Positions 25,436 through 32,000 of a DNA stretch of 32,000 bases are shown here, in pieces (position 1 is the stretch's first letter; every line of letters starts with the position of its first letter). Both the position numbers and the translations under genes were made by a program. Source of the stretch: an uncultured Candidatus Saccharimonas sp. (GTDB lineage: Bacteria > Patescibacteriota > Saccharimonadia > Saccharimonadales > Saccharimonadaceae); NCBI GenBank assembly GCA_963528875.1, contig CAURWT010000002.1:150001-182000 (forward strand). Reading direction: 5' to 3'. The notes beneath the pieces are model-generated. The model ran no database searches and was not told the origin of the DNA. It was given only the letters and a program-made list of their open reading frames with translations.

Positions 25436-26128
25436 TTATTTATCAGTTTTAGCTTCTTTGATAGCTTCAATCACATAATCCAAAAGCAATTTAACACCTT
25501 TAATAGCGTCATCATTTGCTGGGATTACGTAATCAATTCCATCTGGGTTTACATTTGTATCAACAATTGCAACCACTGGAATATTCAAAGTTTTAGCTTC
25601 ACGAATTGCGTTTGCGTCAGCGATTGCATCAGTTACGAACAAAATTCCTGGGCGACCCATTAAATCTTTGATTCCACCATATTTTGTATTCAAAGCTTCG
25701 ATTTCTTCAGCATATCGTTGAACTTCAAGTTTCGAATAGCGTTTTGTAAGTTCGCCGCTAGCCATTCGTTTTTCAAGAGTTTTCAATTTCTTGATTTGCT
25801 GGTTTACAGTTGCTGAGTTTGTAAGCATTCCGCCCACCCATCGTTCAATAACATATGGTTGTTTTACACTTTCAGCAGCTTCACGAACAGCTTCTTTAAC
25901 TTGTTTTTTAGTTCCAACAAAAAGAACTTTTCGGCCAGATTCAACCGCTTTAGTAATAGCTGGAAGAGCTTTTTCAAGACCTTCGACAGTTTTAGTTAGA
26001 TCGATAATGTGGCTATCTTGACGCTTGCTATGAATGTATGGCGCCATTTTTGGGTGCCAGCGTGAAGTTTTGTGACCAAAATGAACGCCAGCTTCAAGCA
26101 ACTGCTTGATATCAATTTTTACAGACAT
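25436..26128 (-). CDS. rpsB: 30S ribosomal protein S2
   Basis: LLEAGVHFGHKTSRWHPKMAPYI.. and VDTNVNPDGIDYVIPANDD. SD AAAGGAG. Confidence 0.95.
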   Translation of the reverse strand: MSVKIDIKQLLEAGVHFGHKTSRWHPKMAPYIHSKRQDSHIIDLTKTVEGLEKALPAITKAVESGRKVLFVGTKKQVKEAVREAAESVKQPYVIERWVGGMLTNSATVNQQIKKLKTLEKRMASGELTKRYSKLEVQRYAEEIEALNTKYGGIKDLMGRPGILFVTDAIADANAIREAKTLNIPVVAIVDTNVNPDGIDYVIPANDDAIKGVKLLLDYVIEAIKEAKTDK

Positions 26129-26232
26129 TTTAACTCCTTTGTCTTCATTTTTGGGGATAATTTCGAAAAACTCTCGAAAGGAATTCTCCCAAAAATTGTT
26201 TCATTAATTTATATTACTTTTCAATTATATCA
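26129..26232 (-). promoter_or_regulatory. rpsB-tsf promoter (TGaTATAAT at 26224-26232) and structured 5' leader (long imperfect hairpin 26148-26195)
   Basis: The leader of about 90 nt pairs UUUUUGGGaGAAUU with AAUUauCCCCAAAAA, enclosing a smaller TCGA/TCGA stem. SD follows. Confidence 0.5.
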
Positions 26233-26248
26233 TATTTAAAAGAAAAAG

Positions 26249-26270
26249 AAAAGAGGCTTTAACCTCTTTT
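26249..26270 (-). terminator. Intrinsic terminator downstream of the second surface-protein gene
   Basis: AAAAGAGG-ctttaa-CCTCTTTT, followed on the minus strand by a T-rich tract. Confidence 0.65.
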
Positions 26271-26293
26271 CCACTATCTCTAGCTATTAAAAG

Positions 26294-27601
26294 TTAGAGC
26301 TTTTTTCGAATAACAGCTGCACTAGTGATTAAAGTTAAAATAATATAATTTAGCGCAAGAAATGCATTAGAATTCTGTTTTTCTACACCAGTATTTGGAG
26401 CATAAAGCCAAACTGGAGATATTTTTGTTTTAAATTCACCTTTATCATCTATTTCTCGTGCTGGAATTTTATCATCTTTCGGAATTATATTCTTTTGATA
26501 AATAATATTTTCGACAATATTTTCACTATCAGCATTAACTGCTAACTCATTTACCGCTTCTTTATCGTAAGTATATCCTTCAATCTTCGGAGCATTAACC
26601 TTTTCGAAAGTATGAGCTTTTCTCCAATCGCTATCATCAACAGTATAAGTTTCTTCAACTAATTTACCACGATAACATGACCCGTTAGTAATTCGTTTGA
26701 AATATGCCTTCTGAACTGTAGGTTTAGCAGCAATAGATCCATCTTTATATAAATAATTAATCGTTCGTTGTACAGTTTTATTTTCTACAAAACTGCAAGG
26801 GTATATAGGTGGAGTATCCACTGTATCAAAATCCTGAATAATATCTCCATTGATATCTTTCACTTTAGACACCACAGAGAGCTGTCTCAACCATGGATCT
26901 AGTAGCATAGATGAAACATCAATGGTTGTAGAAAATGTTCCGTCTGCTTGAACGATTGCCGAACCATTTTTAACAGGATTATCCAACATAAATCCCTCAT
27001 TAACTCCAAATGTTACAGTTTCACCTGCGGGTACATTTTTAGTAGTTCCAGTAATATTTAAAATTCCACGTTTTTCATCTAATGCTATAGCTGCATCGAT
27101 ATTAGTTTGCGCAATATAATCTATACCGAAAACATCATTATCCACTCCAGGACCATAAGGAGCATAACCGTTCCAAGAGCCCTTCATGCTAACAAATAAT
27201 TTTCCATAGGGTAATGACGAAATATCTATATTAACCTTATATGGAGTGCCATCTTGTTCAAAATAATTATCTGTTATTCTTTCATATTCTTTCACGCCAA
27301 TATAATTTTCTTTCGTTACTGGAACGCTAACCATTTTACCACCTGTAGTTTTTACAGCGGCAGTGAGTGTCTGGTTTTTTGCATTTTCCAAATTCTCAAT
27401 TTGGCCATAAATCGTAAGGGTCTTTTGTGAATCAATACAGTATTTCCTTATACTAATTGTATAGTTAGAATTTCCAACTACACCACTAGTATCACCACAC
27501 CGCTCTACAGAAGCGTATGCACTATTACTTACTCCCTCAGAAAAAACGCCAAAAATAGAAAAGGCGCAAAATAGGATAAAAAACCCAAATTTTCTTTTCA
27601 T
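26294..27601 (-). CDS. Cell-wall-anchored surface protein with MucBP_2-like domain and APNTG sorting signal
   Basis: Signal peptide MKRKFGFFILFCAFSIFGVFS. Block RTINYLYKDGS..KAYFKR..SDWRKAHTFEKVNAPKIEGYTYDKE..ENIIYQK resembles Mub B2/MucBP_2 repeats. C-terminus APNTG (26387-26401), then a hydrophobic span and RKKL. Confidence 0.78.
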   Translation of the reverse strand: MKRKFGFFILFCAFSIFGVFSEGVSNSAYASVERCGDTSGVVGNSNYTISIRKYCIDSQKTLTIYGQIENLENAKNQTLTAAVKTTGGKMVSVPVTKENYIGVKEYERITDNYFEQDGTPYKVNIDISSLPYGKLFVSMKGSWNGYAPYGPGVDNDVFGIDYIAQTNIDAAIALDEKRGILNITGTTKNVPAGETVTFGVNEGFMLDNPVKNGSAIVQADGTFSTTIDVSSMLLDPWLRQLSVVSKVKDINGDIIQDFDTVDTPPIYPCSFVENKTVQRTINYLYKDGSIAAKPTVQKAYFKRITNGSCYRGKLVEETYTVDDSDWRKAHTFEKVNAPKIEGYTYDKEAVNELAVNADSENIVENIIYQKNIIPKDDKIPAREIDDKGEFKTKISPVWLYAPNTGVEKQNSNAFLALNYIILTLITSAAVIRKKL

Positions 27602-27727
27602 ATATTACTACATATTTAAAATTTATTTCAAGACTATCCTAATACACCTTAAAACTAAAAGCAAGCATAGGCATTTTATTTTATTTAAAATATTATATAA
27701 TATGCTTATTTTTAACTTAATTTTCTA

Positions 27728-27756
27728 TTTACTTTCTTAAAATAATATGTTAAAAT
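27728..27756 (+). promoter_or_regulatory. rpmE promoter: TTTACT, 17 nt, TGtTAAAAT. The -10 ends 9 nt before the ATG.
   Basis: TTTACT at 27728-27733 and TAAAAT at 27751-27756. The gap agaaaagtt has no clear SD. A second possible TATAAT lies at 27696-27701. Confidence 0.55.
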
Positions 27757-27765
27757 AGAAAAGTT

Positions 27766-28086
27766 ATGAAGAAGAATTTACATCCAACCGAGTATCGCCC
27801 TGTCGTATTTAGCGACGAGGTGGCTGGATTTGCTTTCTTGACTCGCTCAACAGCAGATTCAAAAGAAACTATCAAATGGGAAGACGGAAACGAATACCCA
27901 CTTGTAAAAATGCACATCTCTAGTGCTTCTCACCCATTCTTTACTGGTGAAGAAAAAATCATCGATACCGAAGGTCGTGTTGACCGCTTCAAACGAGCTC
28001 AAGAAATGGCTGCCGCTCGTAAAGAAGCTTTGGCAAACAAAGCCAAAAAGCAAGCTGCTGAAAAAGCTAAAAAAGCTGAACGATAA
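27766..28086 (+). CDS. rpmE: 50S ribosomal protein L31, type B (no CxxC zinc motif), with a Lys/Ala-rich C-terminal extension
   Basis: [16 protein letters not shown]...GFAFLTRST...[28 protein letters not shown] matches type-B L31. Confidence 0.9.
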   Translation: MKKNLHPTEYRPVVFSDEVAGFAFLTRSTADSKETIKWEDGNEYPLVKMHISSASHPFFTGEEKIIDTEGRVDRFKRAQEMAAARKEALANKAKKQAAEKAKKAER

Positions 28087-28097
28087 TTCATCTAAAA

Positions 28098-28129
28098 ATA
28101 AAAATCTCACAACTAAATGTGAGATTTTT
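28098..28129. terminator. Bidirectional terminator between rpmE (+) and ung (-)
   Basis: AAAAATCTCACA-actaaa-TGTGAGATTTTT, a 9-11 bp perfect stem. Confidence 0.85.
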
Positions 28130-28135
28130 ATTTTA

Positions 28136-28798
28136 TTATTTTACCCGCCAATCAATTGGAGTTTCGCCATTTTGTTCTAAAAATTTGTTCGCTTTCGAAA
28201 AAGGCTTTGAACCAAAAAATCCACGCCGTGCTGAAAATGGTGAAGGGTGTGCACTCTCAATTTTAAGGTGTTTTAAATTAGTTATTCGGGTACCAACTTT
28301 TTGTGCATGTGCTCCCCACAAAATAAAAACTAACGGCTTTTCGAAATCATTTAAAAAATCTAAAACATGTTCTGAAAATTCCATCCATCCAAAATTTGCG
28401 TGGCTTGCTGGCTTGCCTTTTTCAACACTAAAAGAAGTGTTTAGCAGTAAAACACCTTGCTTCGCCCAAGATTCTAAAAAACCATCGCTGGCTGGCTCAA
28501 TTCCTAAATCGCTTTGCAGTTCTTTATAAATATTTTGCAAACTTGGTGGAATTTTAACGCCTTTTTTAACCGAAAAACTCATTCCGTGCGCCTGCCCTTC
28601 TCCATGATAAGGATCTTGACCGATAATTACAACCTTAGTTTTTTCAAGCGGGCATTTTTTAAAACAAGAAAAAATCTCTTCTCTTGCGGGAAAAATCTCT
28701 TTCGAAGCACGTTCACGTTCAACTTTTTGCCATAACTTTTTAAAATATGGCTTGGTGGCTTCATTTTCAATAAATTCTCGCCAAGAGGTTATTTTCAT
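28136..28798 (-). CDS. ung: Uracil-DNA glycosylase (family 1)
   Basis: [13 protein letters not shown] water-activating loop, GVLLLN and HPSPFSA motifs. Collinear with E. coli Ung from the first residue. Confidence 0.93.
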   Translation of the reverse strand: MKITSWREFIENEATKPYFKKLWQKVERERASKEIFPAREEIFSCFKKCPLEKTKVVIIGQDPYHGEGQAHGMSFSVKKGVKIPPSLQNIYKELQSDLGIEPASDGFLESWAKQGVLLLNTSFSVEKGKPASHANFGWMEFSEHVLDFLNDFEKPLVFILWGAHAQKVGTRITNLKHLKIESAHPSPFSARRGFFGSKPFSKANKFLEQNGETPIDWRVK

Positions 28799-28804
28799 AT
28801 CAAA

Positions 28805-28833
28805 ATCTTATCATAACCACAATCAAATTTCAA
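28805..28833 (-). promoter_or_regulatory. ung promoter: TTGAAA (28828-28833), 17 nt, TGaTAAGAT (28805-28813). The -10 ends 6 nt before the ATG.
   Basis: Reverse complement reads TTGAAA-N17-TAAGAT-tttgat-ATG, with no SD. Confidence 0.6.
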
Positions 28834-28836
28834 TAC

Positions 28837-28865
28837 TTCAAATTTATGCGAATTTCTGGTATAAT
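28837..28865 (+). promoter_or_regulatory. prfA promoter: TTCAAA, 17 nt, TGgTATAAT. The -10 ends 7 nt before the ATG at 28873.
   Basis: TATAAT at 28860-28865 with an extended-10 TG. It lies back-to-back with the ung promoter in a 74-bp spacer. Confidence 0.6.
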
Positions 28866-28872
28866 ATTTTAT

Positions 28873-29952
28873 ATGCCAAAAATTGATCTAAATCTTGATA
28901 AACTTAAAACTGAGCGCGAAGAAATTCAGACTTTTTTGAGCGAGCCAAACGCTTATTCTTCGCCTGATTTTTCTGCCAAAAACAAGCGATTCACCGAACT
29001 TGAAAAAATTATTGAAAAAGGTGAATTGCGCGAAAATCTTGAAAAAAATATCGAAGAAGCGCGCGAACTTGCTAGTCTTGAAACGGGTGAGCTTGCGGAA
29101 CTTGCCAAAATTGAAATTACCGAAAACGAAGAAAAACTTGCCAGTCTCGAGCAAGAGCTTTTCGAAATGCTTCTCCCTAAAGATCCAAACGACGAAAAGA
29201 ACGTGATTGTTGAAATCCGTGCAGGAGCCGGTGGCGACGAAGCTTCCCTTTTTGCGAGCGAACTTTACCGAATGTATTTGCGATATTGTGAACAAAATGG
29301 CTTAAAGACCGAACTTTTGAGCGAATCCGCAAACGATGCTGGCGGCTACAAGGAAGTTGTTTTTGGAGTAAAAGGTGATGCCCCTTATTCAAAATTAAAA
29401 TTCGAAAGTGGCGTTCATCGAGTTCAGCGCATTCCCGCTACCGAATCTCAAGGTAGAATCCATACCTCAACTGTAACAGTAGCAGTTTTGCCTGAGGCCG
29501 AAGAGGCTGATATTGAGATCAATCCGAATGATTTACGAATTGATGTCTATCGTTCGGGTGGTCATGGCGGTCAGAGTGTGAACACAACCGATTCTGCCGT
29601 GCGAATTACTCACATTCCAACTGGTATGGTGGTTACAAACCAAGATGAAAAATCACAAATTAAAAACAAGGAGAAAGCCATTGGAATTTTGCGTGCGCGC
29701 CTACTTCAAGCTAAAATTGATGAGGAAAATGCCAAACTTACCGCCGAACGCCGTAGCCTAATTGGCTCTGGCGACCGCTCCGAAAAGATTCGAACCTACA
29801 ACTTCCCACAAGATCGCATCACCGACCATCGAATCGGTTTTTCGCGTAGTAATATTCCAGCCGCAATGAATGGGCAAATTTCAGATATTGTTGAACACTT
29901 GCAAGCTGCCGAGCTTGAATTCTTGGCCGCTAACGCTTCAGAAAATAACTAA
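28873..29952 (+). CDS. prfA: Peptide chain release factor 1
   Basis: PAT tripeptide ([14 protein letters not shown]) and GGQ motif ([12 protein letters not shown]). The start at MPKIDLN aligns with other RF1 N-termini. The upstream ATG at 28846 would place the TATAAT box inside the CDS. Confidence 0.92.
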   Translation: MPKIDLNLDKLKTEREEIQTFLSEPNAYSSPDFSAKNKRFTELEKIIEKGELRENLEKNIEEARELASLETGELAELAKIEITENEEKLASLEQELFEMLLPKDPNDEKNVIVEIRAGAGGDEASLFASELYRMYLRYCEQNGLKTELLSESANDAGGYKEVVFGVKGDAPYSKLKFESGVHRVQRIPATESQGRIHTSTVTVAVLPEAEEADIEINPNDLRIDVYRSGGHGGQSVNTTDSAVRITHIPTGMVVTNQDEKSQIKNKEKAIGILRARLLQAKIDEENAKLTAERRSLIGSGDRSEKIRTYNFPQDRITDHRIGFSRSNIPAAMNGQISDIVEHLQAAELEFLAANASENN

Positions 29953-29955
29953 TTT

Positions 29956-30789
29956 ATGCGAGAGACTATTGAATCTTGGCTGAAAAAATCAGCTCAAAAA
30001 CTTAGAAATGCTAAAATTGAAAGTTCACAACTTGATGCTGAGCTAATTTTAGCAAACGTTTTAAAAGTTGAACGAACTTTTTTACATGCAAATCCGCAAA
30101 AAAAGCTTTCGAAAACTCTGGTTTTTCACGCTAATAACTTTTTAAATAAGCGCCTAAAGAGGATTCCGCTCGCTTATATTTTTCGAGAAAAGGAATTTTT
30201 TGGAAGAACTTTTTTCGTGAACGAAAATGTACTAGTTCCTCGCCCAGAAACTGAAACCCTAATTGAAATTACTAAAAAAATTGCCAAAAAAGGTGATAAA
30301 ATTTTAGATGTTGGTACAGGTTCTGGAATAATTCCAATCACTCTAAAAGCTGAGCTTGGCGAAAATATTGATTTTTTTGCGAGCGACATTTCACTTCAAG
30401 CGCTTTCTGTGGCGAATCTAAACGCTATAAAAATCCTTGAAAGTGAAATTGAGCTTTTCGAAAGTGATCTTTTAAGCCAAATACCGTCAGAAATTCTTTC
30501 GAAAATAACAATAATTACAGCAAATTTGCCGTATGTTAATAAAGATTGGATAAATTTCAAAAAGAATAATGAGCTACATTATGAACCACAAATTGCACTT
30601 TATGCTCAGAAAAATGGTTTAGAGACAATTTTTAATTTAATTTTTCAAGCTCAAGATTTACCAAAATTGCAAAAAATTATTCTTGAAGCTGACCCTTCTC
30701 AATTTGAGGAAATTGAAAATTATGCCAAAAAATGTGGTTTTTCAAAAACTTACTCAGAAAATTACACAATTATTTTCGAAAAAAAATAA
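29956..30789 (+). CDS. prmC: Release-factor glutamine N5-methyltransferase PrmC/HemK
   Basis: SAM motif ILDVGTGSGIIPI, catalytic tetrapeptide NLPY (30523-30534) in place of NPPY, and a position 3 nt after the prfA stop. Confidence 0.85.
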   Translation: MRETIESWLKKSAQKLRNAKIESSQLDAELILANVLKVERTFLHANPQKKLSKTLVFHANNFLNKRLKRIPLAYIFREKEFFGRTFFVNENVLVPRPETETLIEITKKIAKKGDKILDVGTGSGIIPITLKAELGENIDFFASDISLQALSVANLNAIKILESEIELFESDLLSQIPSEILSKITIITANLPYVNKDWINFKKNNELHYEPQIALYAQKNGLETIFNLIFQAQDLPKLQKIILEADPSQFEEIENYAKKCGFSKTYSENYTIIFEKK

Positions 30790-30851
30790 CCCAAATGGAT
30801 GTATGACATTCAGCAGTCTAAATAATCTGAGTTCACACATCTTATAAATAC

Positions 30852-30882
30852 AATAAAGATGACTGCCTTGGTCGTCTTTATT
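30852..30882. terminator. 12-bp hairpin downstream of prmC, at the compositional boundary
   Basis: AATAAAGATGAC-tgccttg-GTCGTCTTTATT (one G-U). The arms are U-rich on both strands but there is no clean T-run. Confidence 0.5.
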
Positions 30883-31139
30883 GTCTGCAAGTGGATTCTA
30901 TATAATCTATCTTATCCTTATTTAGAATGTTGTCCGACTTTAATTCTATTGCTAATAGCCATGCTTATTCAAAATATTTTCTAAATACACCACTAATTTC
31001 CTTTCCTTTCAAAGAATATAGGTGAGGTGCATAAGAAAAATAGCCTCTTCATTGTCAATTATTACAAATTGAATCTTTGGGAATTTTGTTTTTTCCTCCT
31101 TATTGTCAAAGCATCTATACTAATAAACGGAACCGTAGT

Positions 31140-31607
31140 TTATATGGTCAAGTACATTTTGTCAATATTACGCTCATAACTAAGAGTAAATATTTCTTTA
31201 TATTCTCTTATATCTTTTTTATGATTGTAGAATTTTCTAATTTCCCTATCAATATGATTGCTTACATACTTTTTCTTGGCCTCATTTCTTAGCATAGGAT
31301 TTATTGCCGTAAAGTTACCCGTTAAGCTCACAAACACCTTCCTTAGTCTATGATATTCGTTTGATAATATAATTATCAACTTCATTAATGTTTTTATAAA
31401 GAATTTAACGCTCTCAGAATGCCCTACGATACTACTTATATACTTAGATAGCTCCTCTATTTTTTCCAATTTATCTCTATTTTCAAACTGGTAAAGAATT
31501 AAAATAGTCGACACCAAAACAAGAAGAACTGAGGATATGGCAGGGTATGTCAACTCTATATCAGGCAATGATTTAAGCATGAAATTATTTACCATATCAT
31601 AAACCAT
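31140..31607 (-). CDS. Hypothetical protein (155 aa) with one predicted TM span
   Basis: Hydrophobic segment YPAISSVLLVLVSTILILY, with the rest Lys-rich and helical. No motif recognised. Its composition differs from the rest of the window. Confidence 0.5.
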   Translation of the reverse strand: MVYDMVNNFMLKSLPDIELTYPAISSVLLVLVSTILILYQFENRDKLEKIEELSKYISSIVGHSESVKFFIKTLMKLIIILSNEYHRLRKVFVSLTGNFTAINPMLRNEAKKKYVSNHIDREIRKFYNHKKDIREYKEIFTLSYERNIDKMYLTI

Positions 31608-31710
31608 TATTATGAAAATTACAAAAATAGTAATATACCCTACTAAAAATTCTATGATTTTTCTATTTTTTCACAATTCACCCCAACTATGTTTGATAGA
31701 TAAAGATAAA

Positions 31711-32000
31711 CTACAGCTTACTTACAAAAAAATCAACAAAAAGATTAGCCATATATTCCCATTTTCCGTCTTGAGTATATCCATGGTCACAATTTTCAAT
31801 CAATATTAACTCGACATCAATTGAAGAAGCTAGTAATTGTGATTGTAGCAATTGGGATTGCCGAAAAGGAATAATCTCATCATTCAACCCATGTGTTATA
31901 AGGCAAGAAGAGGATATATCTGAAGAATCTCTATAGATATTATATTTCATTGGATTATATAAAACGTTTATATTGTATCCATTTTCAGGGCAGTAGCCTG
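31711..32000 (-). CDS. Alpha/beta-hydrolase-fold protein, C-terminal part (the 5' end runs off the window)
   Basis: The frame stays open upstream of the M at 31950, all the way to the window edge. CLITHGLNDEIIP...LILIENCDHGY matches the Asp and His loops of dienelactone-hydrolase/S9-type alpha/beta hydrolases. Confidence 0.6.
   Translation of the reverse strand, partial: GYCPENGYNINVLYNPMKYNIYRDSSDISSSCLITHGLNDEIIPFRQSQLLQSQLLASSIDVELILIENCDHGYTQDGKWEYMANLFVDFFVSKL

Noticed and set aside
27602-27765. Switch of gene orientation from minus to plus around 27.6-28.8 kb as a possible replication origin
   Set aside because: The spacer is only 164 bp, I see no TTATCCACA-type DnaA boxes, and there is no dnaA or dnaN nearby. 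ung is again on the minus strand. GC skew cannot be judged reliably by eye.
12819-28129. Three bidirectional terminators sharing AAATCTC...GAGATTT stem bases (12819, 19258, 28101) as a possible repeat family
   Set aside because: Only the outer 7 nt are shared, while the inner stems and loops differ. Other terminators use different stems. This is most simply explained by A-run + stem + T-run constraints.
28119-28529. 136-aa plus-strand ORF overlapping ung, and 28888-29295 minus-strand ORF overlapping prfA
   Set aside because: They are antisense to strongly conserved ung and prfA frames, so they are shadow ORFs.
28846-28872. Upstream ATG at 28846 as the prfA start
   Set aside because: It would place an extended -10 promoter (TGgTATAAT, 28857-28865) inside the CDS and add 9 residues not seen in RF1 N-termini. 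There is also no SD.
1-32000. UGA recoding (as in some CPR lineages), CRISPR arrays, tRNA or rRNA genes, IS elements
   Set aside because: TGA clearly terminates several well-delimited genes, with terminators or the next gene following (murD 523-525, ORF 11997 at 12345-12347, ORF at 18678-18680, ORF 22280 at 22643-22645). I saw no direct-repeat/spacer arrays, cloverleaf-like GC-rich segments or transposase-like ORFs.

Overview
AT-rich (about 35% GC by eye), very gene-dense bacterial chromosome segment. I see no rRNA, tRNA, CRISPR array, transposase or integrase. The gene content points to a reduced-genome, Gram-positive-type organism, most plausibly a CPR/Patescibacteria (Saccharibacteria-like) epibiont. 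This placement is an inference from an editing-domain-less ProRS, a 198-aa EF-Ts, a type-B L31, a D-lactate dehydrogenase and MucBP adhesins with sortase-type sorting signals. I call 34 CDS. Housekeeping genes run almost entirely on the minus strand from 78 to 27601: mscL, murD, ldhA, proS, greA, rseP, frr, xseBA, an M16 peptidase, secA, hpf, nrdH, serS, tsf, rpsB. rpmE, prfA and prmC follow on the plus strand, with ung on the minus strand. Main observations: (1) the palindrome TTCGAA/TTTCGAAA occurs about 95 times by manual count, roughly 8-9 fold over the composition expectation. It is read in all three frames and also occurs in non-coding DNA, but it is absent from the last 1.2 kb and scarce in surface-protein genes. 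(2) Nine genes have a good sigma70-type -10 element ending only 6-9 nt before the ATG and no Shine-Dalgarno, suggesting leaderless mRNAs, while the other units carry strong AAAGGAG-type sites. (3) Three islets hold seven orphan genes (11997-12814, 18254-19199, 21503-23067), each with its own consensus promoter, strong SD and intrinsic terminator. One islet is a translationally coupled two-gene cassette splitting hpf from secA; I could not assign function to any of the seven. (4) Tandem NrdR boxes lie upstream of a stand-alone nrdH. (5) Two MucBP adhesins share a non-canonical APNTG sorting signal and flank rpsB-tsf. (6) A compositional break sits right after prmC (30790-32000).
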